64,000 bases of DNA, taken from the NCBI GenBank assembly GCA_963740355.1, contig CAVUDW010000003.1, forward strand, positions 1,632,001 to 1,696,000, read 5' to 3'. Below are positions 9,943-20,441 of this stretch, piece by piece. The position numbers were made by a program, and so were the translations under genes. Positions within the stretch are counted from its first letter, which is position 1; the number at the start of each line of letters is the position of its first letter. A model generated the notes under the pieces. The model was not told the origin of the DNA. It worked only from the letters and a program-made list of their open reading frames with translations, and ran no database searches. The stretch comes from an uncultured Gemmatimonadaceae bacterium. Its GTDB lineage: Bacteria > Gemmatimonadota > Gemmatimonadetes > Gemmatimonadales > Gemmatimonadaceae.

Positions 9943-10791
9943 ATGTCAAAGCACACCCTGCTGCGCGCTGTCACTGCGCTGACCGTCGCCGCCCTCTTCA
10001 CCGCCTGCGGTGATTCGAACGGCCCGACCGACAGTGGCGTCTCCGCCTCCGTTTCTGCCGCCACGACCCTCGATGTCGCCACCGTCGCTGGCGACGCCGC
10101 ACAGGAAGACGTCGAGACCTTCAAGGTCAACCGCGGCGCCTTCGGCCTCGCCACGATCGACTTCGAACGCTTCGGCCGCTGGGACTCCTGCCCGTACGAC
10201 GCCGCCTCGAGCCGCTTCGTCTGCGTCGAAAGGACCCGCGGGCCGTTCACCTCCAGCCGCAGCTACGCCTATCTCGATGCCGCCGGCGCAGGCCAGAGTG
10301 CGTACAGCAGCACCACCACGGCCGCCGCGAACTTCAAGTGGTCGCTCAGTGGCACGATCACGCGCGAACGCTGGAGCGGCAGCATGTCACGCAACCGCGA
10401 CATCACGATGTCCGGCCTGCTCGGCACCAACACGACGGTCACCGTCAATGGTACCGGCTCCGCTGAAAAGCAGCGCACGAAGTTCCTGCGTGACAGCGCC
10501 GGCCCGAACGGCCTGACGCGTGAGTACAACATGGAATCGTCGCTCGCGATCGTGAACGTGGTCACCCCCGCGATCCGCATGCCAGACGCCTGGCCGGTGA
10601 GCGGCACGATCACGCGCAACTATCAGGTCACGCGCACCGATGCCACCAACGGCACGATCGTCACCACCCGCAACTCGGTGGTCACCTTCAACGGTACGCA
10701 GTTCGCCGACCTGGTGGTGAATGGCAAGGCCTTCACGCTCGACCTGGCCACGGGCAAGGTGACGGTCAAGGCAACGGTCACCGCTGGCTGA
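9943..10791 (+). CDS. Hypothetical lipoprotein (beta-rich)
   Basis: Lipobox LFTAC; RBS-like AGGA; strong codon bias. Confidence 0.75.
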   Translation: MSKHTLLRAVTALTVAALFTACGDSNGPTDSGVSASVSAATTLDVATVAGDAAQEDVETFKVNRGAFGLATIDFERFGRWDSCPYDAASSRFVCVERTRGPFTSSRSYAYLDAAGAGQSAYSSTTTAAANFKWSLSGTITRERWSGSMSRNRDITMSGLLGTNTTVTVNGTGSAEKQRTKFLRDSAGPNGLTREYNMESSLAIVNVVTPAIRMPDAWPVSGTITRNYQVTRTDATNGTIVTTRNSVVTFNGTQFADLVVNGKAFTLDLATGKVTVKATVTAG

Positions 10792-10806
10792 TCGACACGC
10801 ATCAAA

Positions 10807-10852
10807 AACAAAGCGCCCCGCATCGATGCTGATGCGGGGCGCTTTGTATTTT
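10807..10852. terminator. Bidirectional intrinsic terminator
   Basis: AAAGCGCCCCGCATC-gatgct-GATGCGGGGCGCTTT flanked by A- and T-tracts between convergent genes. Confidence 0.85.
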
Positions 10853-10874
10853 GTTGCCGGCACCAATCCCAGTC

Positions 10875-10919
10875 CAACGCGACACCGCACAACGCGACAC
10901 CGCACAACGCGACACCGCG
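10875..10919. repeat. 15-bp tandem repeat x3 (CAACGCGACACCGCA)
   Basis: Seen directly; the last copy has one mismatch. Confidence 0.9.
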
Positions 10920-10928
10920 CACCACCCG

Positions 10929-11507
10929 CTACCCCGCCGGCTGCGCCAACGCCAATAACTGCGTCACGATCCGCTCGGTCAGCCCCCACACGAGATCGTC
11001 GCCACGCCGATACGCCGGAAAACGCAGGCGCGCGCCACCACGATCGAATACATGCTCAGCAGCTGACGCGGGATCCCGCAACTCCGAGATGGGCATCCAG
11101 AAGGTCGAGTGGACCTCGTCATTCGGCACCAGCTCAACCGGCCGCTCGAGCGCAAACACAAATGGCCGCACGGCAATCGATGGCAGCGCCGCAGACCGCG
11201 GCCGAATGTCATCCAGCACACCGAGCAGCCGCGCGTCGACATCAAGATCCAGCGCAAGCTCCTCACGCGTCTCACGTCGAGCCGTGGCCTCCAGCGACGC
11301 ATCGACCACATCGCGCCGACCGCCCGGAAATGCCACATGCCCGCTCCACGGATCGCCAACACGCTCAGCCCGCCGGATGAACAACAGCTCTGCATCGGTC
11401 AACGACGTCCCACGCAACACGAGCGCCACCGCCGCCCAGCGCAATCCCTCCTCGTCACCTTCCTCCCGACGAGCATGCGCCCGCAGCGCAGCAAGCAACG
11501 CGTCCAT
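10929..11507 (-). CDS. Nudix hydrolase, CoA pyrophosphatase-like
   Basis: WSGHVAFPGGRRD..D.SLEATARRETREEL Nudix box; VWGLT. Confidence 0.9.
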   Translation of the reverse strand: MDALLAALRAHARREEGDEEGLRWAAVALVLRGTSLTDAELLFIRRAERVGDPWSGHVAFPGGRRDVVDASLEATARRETREELALDLDVDARLLGVLDDIRPRSAALPSIAVRPFVFALERPVELVPNDEVHSTFWMPISELRDPASAAEHVFDRGGARLRFPAYRRGDDLVWGLTERIVTQLLALAQPAG

Positions 11508-11538
11508 CAGCAGTCAACGCACGAAGACAACAGGCGAA

Positions 11539-11904
11539 TCATCCCTCGACGTCACCGTTCGCATCAACCCACCCGCGAAAGCCACCAGCCATCGACGCGA
11601 CATTCGTATACCCCATCTGCTTCAGCGACTCCGCCGACAGCGCTGACCGGTTCCCGCTCGCACAGTACAGGACGACCGTGGCGTCACGCGGCACGACTGC
11701 ATCAATCTTGCTCTCCAACGTGCCACGCGACATATGCACGGCACCTGCCGCATGGCCGAGGTTCCACTCGCGATCCTCACGCACATCGATCAACACGACT
11801 GACGGATCGGTGGCCCGCTTCGCAATGGTCTCCGCGGCCGACACTTCGACGATCCGCGTCTTTGCATCGGCGAACATCTCTGCTGCACTCTTCATCTGCA
11901 CCAC
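11539..11904 (-). CDS. Rhodanese-like domain protein
   Basis: Motifs LIDVRE..EW..GH, YCASGNRS and SMAGGF..W. Confidence 0.9.
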   Translation of the reverse strand: MVQMKSAAEMFADAKTRIVEVSAAETIAKRATDPSVVLIDVREDREWNLGHAAGAVHMSRGTLESKIDAVVPRDATVVLYCASGNRSALSAESLKQMGYTNVASMAGGFRGWVDANGDVEG

Positions 11905-11943
11905 GCTCCGTTCGGTGTCTGGGAGTTCACGACTGCTCGACGA

Positions 11944-12876
11944 CTAGCTCACGTCCGACCACGGCCCAGCAACCGCCAGCGACACGGCATCGACATCCAG
12001 CGTCGCCCGCGCCCCAAGTGGCACGGTCCACTGATCGTCAATATGCCCAATCGGCAGGTTGGCAAGACAGGGCACCCGCAACCGTCCAGCCAACTCCGCC
12101 ACCAGGTCTTCAACACTCGATGCGCCGACGTTCTCGTCCTCCGGCACCTTCGTGAACTGCCCCACGGCAAGACCCACACAGCCGTCGAACGCGCCCGACT
12201 GCTCCAACTGCCGCAACAGCCGATCCACACGATACGCCGCCTCGTTCACATCCTCGAGCACGACGATCGCCCCGTCGCCTCGCAGCGCATCCGGCGTCCC
12301 ACTCAACGCCGCCAGCAACGACAAGTTGCCACCCGCCAACCGCCCGGTCACTCGCCCCGCCCGCACCGGCACCGCGCTCGGCCACACCCCACACGGCTCG
12401 CTCCGCTGCGTCACCGCGACCTGCAACGACTCGACGCTCATCGCCGGCATCGGCGCCCGCGCAGTATGCGTGTGAAAAGTCACCGCACCAACTCGCGCCG
12501 CAATCGCACAATGCAACACGGTCACATCCGAGAACCCGATCACCGGCTTCGGCCGCGCCGCAAACGCCTCGAACGACAACGCCGACACAATCCGCGACAG
12601 GCCAAATCCACCGCGCACACACCACACAGCATCGATCCCGGGATCGTCCAACGCCCACTGCACATCGCGCAACCGCTCAGCGTCACTCCCGGCGAGATAC
12701 CCATCACTCCGCAACACACTCGCACCACGCACTGGCTCCCACCCATACGCACGCACGGTCGCCTCGGCCCGCGCCACGTCGGCCTCGCCACGCAATGGCC
12801 CGGATCCACACACGAGCGCCACCCGCGCGCCAACATCCAATGCGCCAGGCCACCACGATTTCGATGATATCTGCAT
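11944..12876 (-). CDS. LD-carboxypeptidase (peptidase S66)
   Basis: Motifs RGGFG, GFSDVT (Ser), GGNL, LEDVNE (Glu) and PIGH (His); ATG at 12876 preferred as start. Confidence 0.9.
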   Translation of the reverse strand: MQISSKSWWPGALDVGARVALVCGSGPLRGEADVARAEATVRAYGWEPVRGASVLRSDGYLAGSDAERLRDVQWALDDPGIDAVWCVRGGFGLSRIVSALSFEAFAARPKPVIGFSDVTVLHCAIAARVGAVTFHTHTARAPMPAMSVESLQVAVTQRSEPCGVWPSAVPVRAGRVTGRLAGGNLSLLAALSGTPDALRGDGAIVVLEDVNEAAYRVDRLLRQLEQSGAFDGCVGLAVGQFTKVPEDENVGASSVEDLVAELAGRLRVPCLANLPIGHIDDQWTVPLGARATLDVDAVSLAVAGPWSDVS

Positions 12877-12921
12877 GGAACGGATGCTAAGGGATCGCCC
12901 CTCCGATGCTACCGTCGCGCC

Positions 12922-15900
12922 ATGCCCTCCCCACTCTCCTCCCGCGCAGCCCGCTCCCTCCTCGCCAACGCACACTCAGCCACTGGCCTGCGCCTCCTCG
13001 TGCGCGCCCTTGGCTTCACCAGCGCCGAACATCGACTCGCCCCCCGCCCACTCACAGTCCTCGGCCTCGCCACCAATCCTGCCATACGTGCGTCCCGATT
13101 CACCCGCAACGATGACATCGCCCTGCTCCTCGTCGAACAGGTTGACGCAACACACTGGCGCGACACTCTCCGACGCCTCGCCACCCGCCTCGATCGCCTC
13201 ACGGATCACCGCCGCTGGCTGGTGATCCTGCACTGCACACACGCCCACGAGACCACGCTCGCCATCGCCTGCTGGCTCAGCTCCACGCGCGGACCACGCC
13301 TCGCCGTCCTCACCACCGCACCAACCCACGTCCTCGACTCCGACGCACAGACGATCGCCGCCCTCGCCGCCGCCTGGCACCCAGACCCCACCCTCACCTG
13401 CCTCCGCTGGCACGACCTGCTCGGCAGACACGCGATCGGACGCCGCTTCTTCCGCGAACTGGATGCCCACGTCGCCGCCATCGCCGACAACTGGCCCGCA
13501 CGCGTCCATGCCGACGACCGACGCACGCTCGCACTGATCCACGTCGCACGCCTGCTATTCCTCAAGTTCCTCGAAACGAAAGGATGGCTCGACAACGATC
13601 GCGCCTTCCTCGCACGCCACGCCGAAGACACACTCGCATCCGGCGGCCGCCTCTGGCACCGCCTCATCGCACCACTCACCTTCGGCACACTCAACACCCC
13701 GCGCCGCCACCGCGCACCAACGGCACGCGCCTTCGGCGACATCCCGTTCCTCAACGGCGGCCTCTTCGCCTGCTCGGCCACCGAACGTCGCGCTCGACAC
13801 CCCTCCATCAGCGACGAGCTCCTCGCCCCGCTGCTCCTCGATACGCTGGCCCGCTTCCGGTTCACAGCCCGCGAAGAAGCGCAAACCTGGCAGGAAGCAG
13901 CCATCGACCCAGACCTGCTGGGCAAAACGTTCGAATCGCTGATGGACGAGAGCCAACGTCGAGGCTCCGGCACGTTCTATACACCGGCCGCACTGGTCTC
14001 GTCGCTGGTCGACGACGCGCTCCGCCACGCCCTCCACCCGCCACTGACTCTGGCCGCGCTCGACGACTTCCGCGTCCTCGACCCGGCCTGCGGCTCGGGC
14101 AGCCTCCTCGTCGCCACCCTCGAGCACCTCACGACGCTCCGCCAACAACTCGGCGATACACGCCCAGTCGCGACTATCCGCAGACACGTCCTCACCCACT
14201 CGATCTTCGGCGTCGACATCGCCCCAATGGCGGTCTGGCTCTGCGAGCTCCGACTCTGGCTCTCCATCGTCATCGACGACGAAACAACGACCATCCCGAC
14301 GATCGCCCCACTCCCCAACCTGGATCACCATATCCGCATCGGCGATTCACTCGGCCAGTCCTCCTTCGAGAACACGCCATCACCGAAATCACTCGGCATC
14401 GCCGCTATCCGCGAACGCTATGCGCACAGCACTGGCGCCCGGAAACGCACCTGCGCCGCACGCATCGAAACGGTCGAACGCAACTCCGCCCACCTCATCG
14501 CGACACGCACCATCACCGCCCTCCGCACCGAACGCACGGAACTGCTCCAACTAGCCCGCCAACACACGCTCTTCGGCACGCGCCACGGCCTCTCCACCAC
14601 ACAACGCCGCCGACTCACCACCCTCCGCACACTCATCACCGAACAACGACGCACACTCCGACGCATCGACGACGGGGGCACGATCGACTTCGACTTCCGC
14701 ACCCACTTCAGCGATGCCGCCACCGCCGGCGGCTTCGACCTCGTCATCGGCAACCCACCGTGGGTGCGCTCCCAACACCTCGACTCCAACACCCGCCTCC
14801 ACCTCCGCACACGCTTCGCTGATGTCACCCGCCACGCCAACGGCAACTCGGCTTTCGGCGTGCAAACCGACATCGCGATCCCGTTCACACACCGCGCGCT
14901 CGATCTCACACGACCAGGAGGAATCCTCGCATTCCTCCTCCCCGCAAAACTCTGGCGATCCGTCGCCGCCGGCGCACTCCGACACCACCTGCTCCAACAC
15001 GCCACACCCAAACACCTGCGCGACTACTCCGCCGATGCCGGTGGATTCTCCGCCGCCGTCTACCCATCCACCATCGTGCTCCAACGCACCCTGCCGACCC
15101 CGGACATGACGAATCCACACACCGGATCGGTGGACTGCCACGCAACCGACGCCGCGGGACACACACACGATTTCCGCATCGCAACACACGCGCTCGCTGC
15201 CTCCCCCGAACCCGGCGCACCGTGGCGCATCGTTCCGGACACCGTCCGACACGCCGCCAACCTGCTCAACGCCTCCGGATCACGCTGGCTGGACACGGTC
15301 CTCCCCTCGCCAACACTCGGCGTCAAAACGGGGTGCAACGACGCATTCCTGATCGACGATTCTGCGATTCCCGACGCACTCCGCCCATGGACTCGCCCCG
15401 TCCTCCGCGGCGATCACGTGCAGGCCTGGCACTGCAGAGAACTGCAGACCTCGATCGTCATCCCCCACGACGACAACGGACTGATTCTCAAGCGGCTGCC
15501 CGCGCCACTCGCACGACACTTCGCACCACACGAACGCGCGCTCGTCGCGCGAACAGACCTGCGCCCGCGCGAACCCTGGTGGACGCTCTTCCGCACGGAC
15601 TTGATCGCGAATGCAGGCTGGCGCGTCGTCTGGGCCGACATCGGCCGCACCCTCCGAGCCACCGTGCTCCCACCACACACGACCACCGTCCCGCTCAACA
15701 CCTGCTACGGCGTCCGACTCCACGACCCCGTCGACGCCCACACCCTCGCCGCGCTGCTCAACGCCCCAACAACGACGGCCTTCCTCTCCCTCATCGCCGA
15801 ACCGGCCCGCGGCGGATACCACCGATTCCTCGGCTGGACAGTTCAGGCACTGCCAATTCCACCCTGGCACCGCGCCCGAGAAGTCCTCGCCCCCATCGCG

Positions 15901-16056
15901 GCCCGCGCACGACGCGGCGAGACGGTCAACGCCGACACCCTCCACCACAGCACCCTCGACGCCTACGGCATCACCCACACACAAGTCGCACCACTCCTCG
16001 ACTGGACCGCCGTCACCCTCGCCGACGATCGCACCTCAACACCACGCTCCGCGTGA
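12922..16056 (+). CDS. Large N6-adenine DNA methyltransferase (Eco57I/TaqI-like, type IIG-like architecture)
   Basis: FLNGGLF, GTFYTP, VLDPACGSG (motif I), IFGVDI, GFDLVIGNPPW (motif IV) and GVKTGCNDAF. Confidence 0.85.
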   Translation: MPSPLSSRAARSLLANAHSATGLRLLVRALGFTSAEHRLAPRPLTVLGLATNPAIRASRFTRNDDIALLLVEQVDATHWRDTLRRLATRLDRLTDHRRWLVILHCTHAHETTLAIACWLSSTRGPRLAVLTTAPTHVLDSDAQTIAALAAAWHPDPTLTCLRWHDLLGRHAIGRRFFRELDAHVAAIADNWPARVHADDRRTLALIHVARLLFLKFLETKGWLDNDRAFLARHAEDTLASGGRLWHRLIAPLTFGTLNTPRRHRAPTARAFGDIPFLNGGLFACSATERRARHPSISDELLAPLLLDTLARFRFTAREEAQTWQEAAIDPDLLGKTFESLMDESQRRGSGTFYTPAALVSSLVDDALRHALHPPLTLAALDDFRVLDPACGSGSLLVATLEHLTTLRQQLGDTRPVATIRRHVLTHSIFGVDIAPMAVWLCELRLWLSIVIDDETTTIPTIAPLPNLDHHIRIGDSLGQSSFENTPSPKSLGIAAIRERYAHSTGARKRTCAARIETVERNSAHLIATRTITALRTERTELLQLARQHTLFGTRHGLSTTQRRRLTTLRTLITEQRRTLRRIDDGGTIDFDFRTHFSDAATAGGFDLVIGNPPWVRSQHLDSNTRLHLRTRFADVTRHANGNSAFGVQTDIAIPFTHRALDLTRPGGILAFLLPAKLWRSVAAGALRHHLLQHATPKHLRDYSADAGGFSAAVYPSTIVLQRTLPTPDMTNPHTGSVDCHATDAAGHTHDFRIATHALAASPEPGAPWRIVPDTVRHAANLLNASGSRWLDTVLPSPTLGVKTGCNDAFLIDDSAIPDALRPWTRPVLRGDHVQAWHCRELQTSIVIPHDDNGLILKRLPAPLARHFAPHERALVARTDLRPREPWWTLFRTDLIANAGWRVVWADIGRTLRATVLPPHTTTVPLNTCYGVRLHDPVDAHTLAALLNAPTTTAFLSLIAEPARGGYHRFLGWTVQALPIPPWHRAREVLAPIAARARRGETVNADTLHHSTLDAYGITHTQVAPLLDWTAVTLADDRTSTPRSA

Positions 16057-16061
16057 AAACG

Positions 16062-18203
16062 ATGACAGATCGTGATGCGAGCGAGACGACTCGAACCGTG
16101 CATCCTCTCGTGCAACGCCTCGCCCGCGCTGCACTGCGCACACGCGCACTCGAGCTGGATCTCCCCCCGACCACAATCGGCAAGGTCACGCTCTGGCCAC
16201 ACCAGGTCGACGCAGTCCGATGGCTGCAGGCACGTATCCGTCGCTACCACGGCGCGCTCCTCGCCGATCCGCCAGGACTCGGCAAGACCTATGTCGCACT
16301 CGCCGTCGCCGCAAAACTCGGCGGCCACCCCCTGGTCGTCGCGCCAGCCGCGCTCCGCCAACGCTGGTTCGACGCCGCCGAGGAGACCGACATGCGCATC
16401 TCGTTCGTCAGCACCGAACGACTCAGCGCCCCAGCCGACTACCTGACACACAGTGCTCGCTTCATCATCATCGACGAAGCACATCACCTCCGCACACGCA
16501 CGACACGACGACACCAGCGCACCGCAGCCCTCTGCGCCAATGCGCAAGTCCTCCTCCTCTCCGCCACTCCCGTCCAGAATCGGACACGCGATCTCGAGAG
16601 CATCACGTCACTCTTCCACCTCCCACCCAACCCAGAATCCGCAGCCCTCCTCCGCCGCAGACTCACCCTCCGACGCTCCCTCTCACAGATCAACGCGGCC
16701 AGCCACGTCAATACAGGCGTCGCGGTCTTGCCCACACTCCGCACCCGCACCCCTCCACGCCTCGCGATCCAACACGAGAGGCTGCCTGCGGAACTGCTCG
16801 CAATTCCATCGCTTGACGATCACGGCCCCGAAAGCCACGCGCTGTTTCAGCTCGGACTGCTGCACGCACTCCGCTCCAGCGATGCTGCCGCACGCCTGCG
16901 CATCCAACACCGGATCGCAGCCACCATCGCGATCGAACACGCGACCGCCGCCTGCATCCAACCAACCGCCGCCGTCAAGCGAGCCTGGTCATGCACCGAC
17001 GGCGACATCCAGCTCGCCATGCCGCAACTCCTCGGCTTCCCGCAATCGCAAGATGCGGACACCCGAATCGCCTCTCGCGCACAGATGCAGCGAAGATCGC
17101 TCGAGGCGCTCTTGCCTCAGCTCACCGGTGCCAGTGACAAACAGCGTGCGCATGTGCTCAGGCGACTCGCGCGATGGTCCGCGACGCCCGTCGTCGCATT
17201 CACGCAATTCAGCGCGACGGCCGATGCAATTTACCGGACCCTCAAGCGAGAAACCGGCATTGCAATGTTGACCGGCGATTCCGCACAGATCTGCACCGGC
17301 ATCATCAGCCGATCGGAGGTGCTCGAGCGACTCCTGTCGCCGAAGTTTCGTACGCGCCAGGACGCCGTCCGGCTGCTCATCACGACCGATGTCCTGAGCG
17401 AAGGACTATCCCTTGCCGGTGTCGGTACCGTCGTGCACCTCGACCTGCCCTGGACGGCAGCGCGACTCGACCAACGCGTTGGCCGCGCAGCGCGCGTCGG
17501 CTCACCAGTGCGCGAGGTGCGCGTTCTCACACTCGGCGCACCACTGCCTGCAACCACGCAAACCGCCATCGAAAAGCTGCTCGCACGCAAGCGTCGATGG
17601 ATGACCCGGTACGTCTCGTTTTCAGATGACGAGACCTCGCTCATCACCACCCTTGTCCAACTCCGAGGCCCGCGCGCGATCGCGGCTGACGACACGCAGT
17701 GGCTCGAGGTCGAGTCGGATCGCGTTTCGGCTGACCTCATCCTCGCAATCGTCCGCTGGGGTGGCAGGCGAACCCTGATCGTGATGCAGGCCGACCAGTT
17801 GCGTGCGCCGACCGAGACCGATTGGAGGGCCCTGGCCGCGGCACGGGAAGGTACAGGAGAGTCTTCAGGTCGGCCCTCGCGGCGAGGTGCTGACATGCGT
17901 CGTCGATTGCGCCGAGCATTACTGTCGCGTGAGGCGAATCTCGCGCTCAGCAGTCTCGTCGCGGATCGACAGGACCAACGCCTCATTCGTCGTCAGCAGG
18001 CCGACGAGCAGCTACTGCAGGGCAACCGGAGTGCGCGGGCCGCGAGTGCTGCCACAGTCTCCATCGCACGGCGACACGTCATGACCACACGAGCAGGTCG
18101 GATGCCCGACCTCTTCGAGGACGACGCACCCGGCGCATCAGGAAGCTGTCGGGCGAGAATTCTCGCAGGTGTGCTCCTCGTGCCGTCGGCCCGCTGCACA
18201 TAG
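16062..18203 (+). CDS. SNF2/SF2-like helicase
   Basis: LLADPPGLGKT, IIDEAHH, LLSATP, TDVLSEGLSL and DLPW....LDQRVGR; ATG at 16062 just after the methylase stop. Confidence 0.85.
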   Translation: MTDRDASETTRTVHPLVQRLARAALRTRALELDLPPTTIGKVTLWPHQVDAVRWLQARIRRYHGALLADPPGLGKTYVALAVAAKLGGHPLVVAPAALRQRWFDAAEETDMRISFVSTERLSAPADYLTHSARFIIIDEAHHLRTRTTRRHQRTAALCANAQVLLLSATPVQNRTRDLESITSLFHLPPNPESAALLRRRLTLRRSLSQINAASHVNTGVAVLPTLRTRTPPRLAIQHERLPAELLAIPSLDDHGPESHALFQLGLLHALRSSDAAARLRIQHRIAATIAIEHATAACIQPTAAVKRAWSCTDGDIQLAMPQLLGFPQSQDADTRIASRAQMQRRSLEALLPQLTGASDKQRAHVLRRLARWSATPVVAFTQFSATADAIYRTLKRETGIAMLTGDSAQICTGIISRSEVLERLLSPKFRTRQDAVRLLITTDVLSEGLSLAGVGTVVHLDLPWTAARLDQRVGRAARVGSPVREVRVLTLGAPLPATTQTAIEKLLARKRRWMTRYVSFSDDETSLITTLVQLRGPRAIAADDTQWLEVESDRVSADLILAIVRWGGRRTLIVMQADQLRAPTETDWRALAAAREGTGESSGRPSRRGADMRRRLRRALLSREANLALSSLVADRQDQRLIRRQQADEQLLQGNRSARAASAATVSIARRHVMTTRAGRMPDLFEDDAPGASGSCRARILAGVLLVPSARCT

Positions 18204-18227
18204 CAGGCCGCGCTATATTGCGTCACG

Positions 18228-18920
18228 ATGACACACTTACCGACACGCGCGCCGCGCCCAGTGCTGTTCGATCTCGACGGCACCTTGGCAGACACCATCC
18301 CGCTTTTGTTGGCATCGATGCGCGCTGCGTACGCCGCGATCGGCGGTGAGGTGCCCGGCGAGCGCGAGTGGTTGCGTGGCATGGGCACACCGCTGCGTGC
18401 GCAGTTCATGCTGTGGGAGTCCGGCGACCTCGCGCGAGTCGAGGCGTTGATCGAGGTCTATCGCAATTTTCAGGTCGACAACCTGGCGACGTTTGTCCGT
18501 GAGTACGATGGCATCCGGAGCTTGCTCGATGCTTTGCAGGCCGCTGGGCATCCCATCGCGGTCGTGACCGGCAAGGGTGATTGGATGGCACGGATCACGC
18601 TGGAGCACGTGAACCTGCTCGATCCCTTCGAAGTCATCATCGGCGCTGATGCCACCACCAAGCACAAGCCGGACCCGGAGCCGTTGTTGCTTGGTGCGGA
18701 GCGGCTGGGAGTGGCTGTTGAAGGTGCCGTCTACGTCGGTGATGCGCCGAATGACATTCTTGCGGCGCGTGCGGCTGGCATGATTGATGTCTGGGCGGCG
18801 TGGGGACCGTTTCCCTACAGCGAACTCGAGGCCTTCTCGCCCACCCATCGCGTGGATACACCCATGGGTATGCTCGACCTCATTCGCCGCATCGATGAGG
18901 CGCAGCTCGCCGCCTCTTGA
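18228..18920 (+). CDS. HAD-superfamily hydrolase (PpaX/phosphoglycolate phosphatase-like)
   Basis: Motifs FDLDGTL, VVTGK, HKPDPEP and YVGD...D. Confidence 0.9.
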   Translation: MTHLPTRAPRPVLFDLDGTLADTIPLLLASMRAAYAAIGGEVPGEREWLRGMGTPLRAQFMLWESGDLARVEALIEVYRNFQVDNLATFVREYDGIRSLLDALQAAGHPIAVVTGKGDWMARITLEHVNLLDPFEVIIGADATTKHKPDPEPLLLGAERLGVAVEGAVYVGDAPNDILAARAAGMIDVWAAWGPFPYSELEAFSPTHRVDTPMGMLDLIRRIDEAQLAAS

Positions 18921-19013
18921 GCGCTGGCGATGCCACGCACCAGAGCCGAGTACGAAACATCCTTCATGGCGCAGGCGTAGGTTCGGACAGACCCAACAAC
19001 TGGAGTAGTCGTA

Positions 19014-19817
19014 ATGTGGAACCGGACCCCGGCCATGCTTTCGTTTGTCCTTGTCGCGGCCCTCACGGGTTGTGTGCGCGGCAAGCCGACCACTGAGACG
19101 TTCAGTTGGAAGGGTCCGGTGAAGGCCGACACCTGGCTTCGGCTGCGCAACGTCTCTGGAGATTTCGAGATTCGGCAGGGCACGGGTGACAGCGCTGAGA
19201 TCCAGTTCGTGATCGAACGCTCGAACTCCTTTGCGCCGACGGCGGAAGTGAAGGTGCTGCAGCAGGGCGACGGCGTGCTTGCCTGTGTCCTCTACGGCGA
19301 AGGCACCAACTGCAGCGCCGCTGACTACAAGGGTGGCAACACCGAGAACTACAAGAGTCCGTCGTTCCTGCGAGGGTCGACGAATGTGCATGGCACGGTG
19401 ACGTTGCCTCGCGGCGTGAAGCTCGACGCCGAGTCGGTGAATGGCGACATCAGCATCTCGTCGGTGGCTTCGGAGATGGTCATTGCCACCACCAATGGGG
19501 ACATCGAGGTGCGCGGTGCCACGCAGGCGGTGAAGGTCACCACCACCAACGGTGACATCGACCTTGGCATGGATGCGGTGGGCAGCGGATTGCAGGTCGA
19601 GACGACGAATGGCACGGTCAAGGTCGAGTTGCCGGCGACGCTCAATGCGGTGCTCAACATGCGCACCACGAACGGTGAGCTCGACCTTGGATTCCCCGGC
19701 AATATCACCACGAAGACCGCAAAGCAGATCCTTGCCACGCTTGGGTCGGGTGGCTCGCCCATCGACATCAGCACCACCAATGGCGACGTGATGCTTCGGC
19801 AGCGGGGACAGCCCTGA
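19014..19817 (+). CDS. DUF4097 beta-strand-repeat lipoprotein
   Basis: Lipobox LTGC; repeated TTNGDI motifs. Confidence 0.8.
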   Translation: MWNRTPAMLSFVLVAALTGCVRGKPTTETFSWKGPVKADTWLRLRNVSGDFEIRQGTGDSAEIQFVIERSNSFAPTAEVKVLQQGDGVLACVLYGEGTNCSAADYKGGNTENYKSPSFLRGSTNVHGTVTLPRGVKLDAESVNGDISISSVASEMVIATTNGDIEVRGATQAVKVTTTNGDIDLGMDAVGSGLQVETTNGTVKVELPATLNAVLNMRTTNGELDLGFPGNITTKTAKQILATLGSGGSPIDISTTNGDVMLRQRGQP

Positions 19818-19881
19818 ATTGGCGTCGGTGACTCGTTGTCCGCGAGGCGAGCAGGACGTGGATGCAACGGCGTCGTTGACG

Positions 19882-19918
19882 AAGGGCCCGGTGCGCAGCG
19901 ATGCGACCGGGCCCTTTC
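19882..19918. terminator. Intrinsic terminator hairpin between convergent genes
   Basis: AAGGGCCCGGT..ACCGGGCCCTTT inverted repeat. Confidence 0.7.
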
Positions 19919-19948
19919 TGCGTTCGCGTTGTCGAGTCGCGCGCTGCG

Positions 19949-20239
19949 TCAGCCAGCGGCCAGGCCTTCGATCACGTTGGCGAGGTCGATGTCCTTCTGT
20001 GTCAGGCCGCCGGAGTCGTGTGTACTGAGCGCGATGGCGATCTTGGTGTAGCGGATGTCGATGTCCGGATGATGCTGGGCCGATTCAGCGGCATCGGCGA
20101 TCCGGTTCACGAAGGCGATCCCAGCCGGGAAGCTTGGCATCGTGAAGGTCTTGCTGATCACGTTCGTGCGGCGGCTCCAGCCTGAAAGCTGGTTCAGGGC
20201 ACGCTGGATCTCGATATCGGACAGGACGGGCGCTGCCAT
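19949..20239 (-). CDS. Pterin-4-alpha-carbinolamine dehydratase
   Basis: Motifs AE...HHPDI and THDSGGLT.KD. Confidence 0.9.
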   Translation of the reverse strand: MAAPVLSDIEIQRALNQLSGWSRRTNVISKTFTMPSFPAGIAFVNRIADAAESAQHHPDIDIRYTKIAIALSTHDSGGLTQKDIDLANVIEGLAAG

Positions 20240-20441
20240 GCGGAGTGGCTCGATGCGGCTGAAGGGCGGACTAGGCCGGCTGGTGACCGACCGGCGATGT
20301 CTGATCCTCGTACCCCAATGGGTTCGGCACAAGGGCTGTGGCGAAGCCGTCGACCTCGTATTCGTGAACGTCAGCGGCGCCGTTGTGTTTCATCAGCTGT
20401 GCGAGTCGACGCACTGCCTCTTCATCGCCTAGCCTTCTCGC

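Noticed and set aside
15222..16061. N-terminal 280 aa of the 993-aa helicase ORF
   Set aside because: Low-complexity Arg/Pro shadow overlapping the methyltransferase; the real start is probably ATG 16062
17000..18300. Replication origin at the skew inversion
   Set aside because: No dnaA/dnaN/parAB genes, DnaA-box cluster or AT-rich intergenic gap; the region is fully coding
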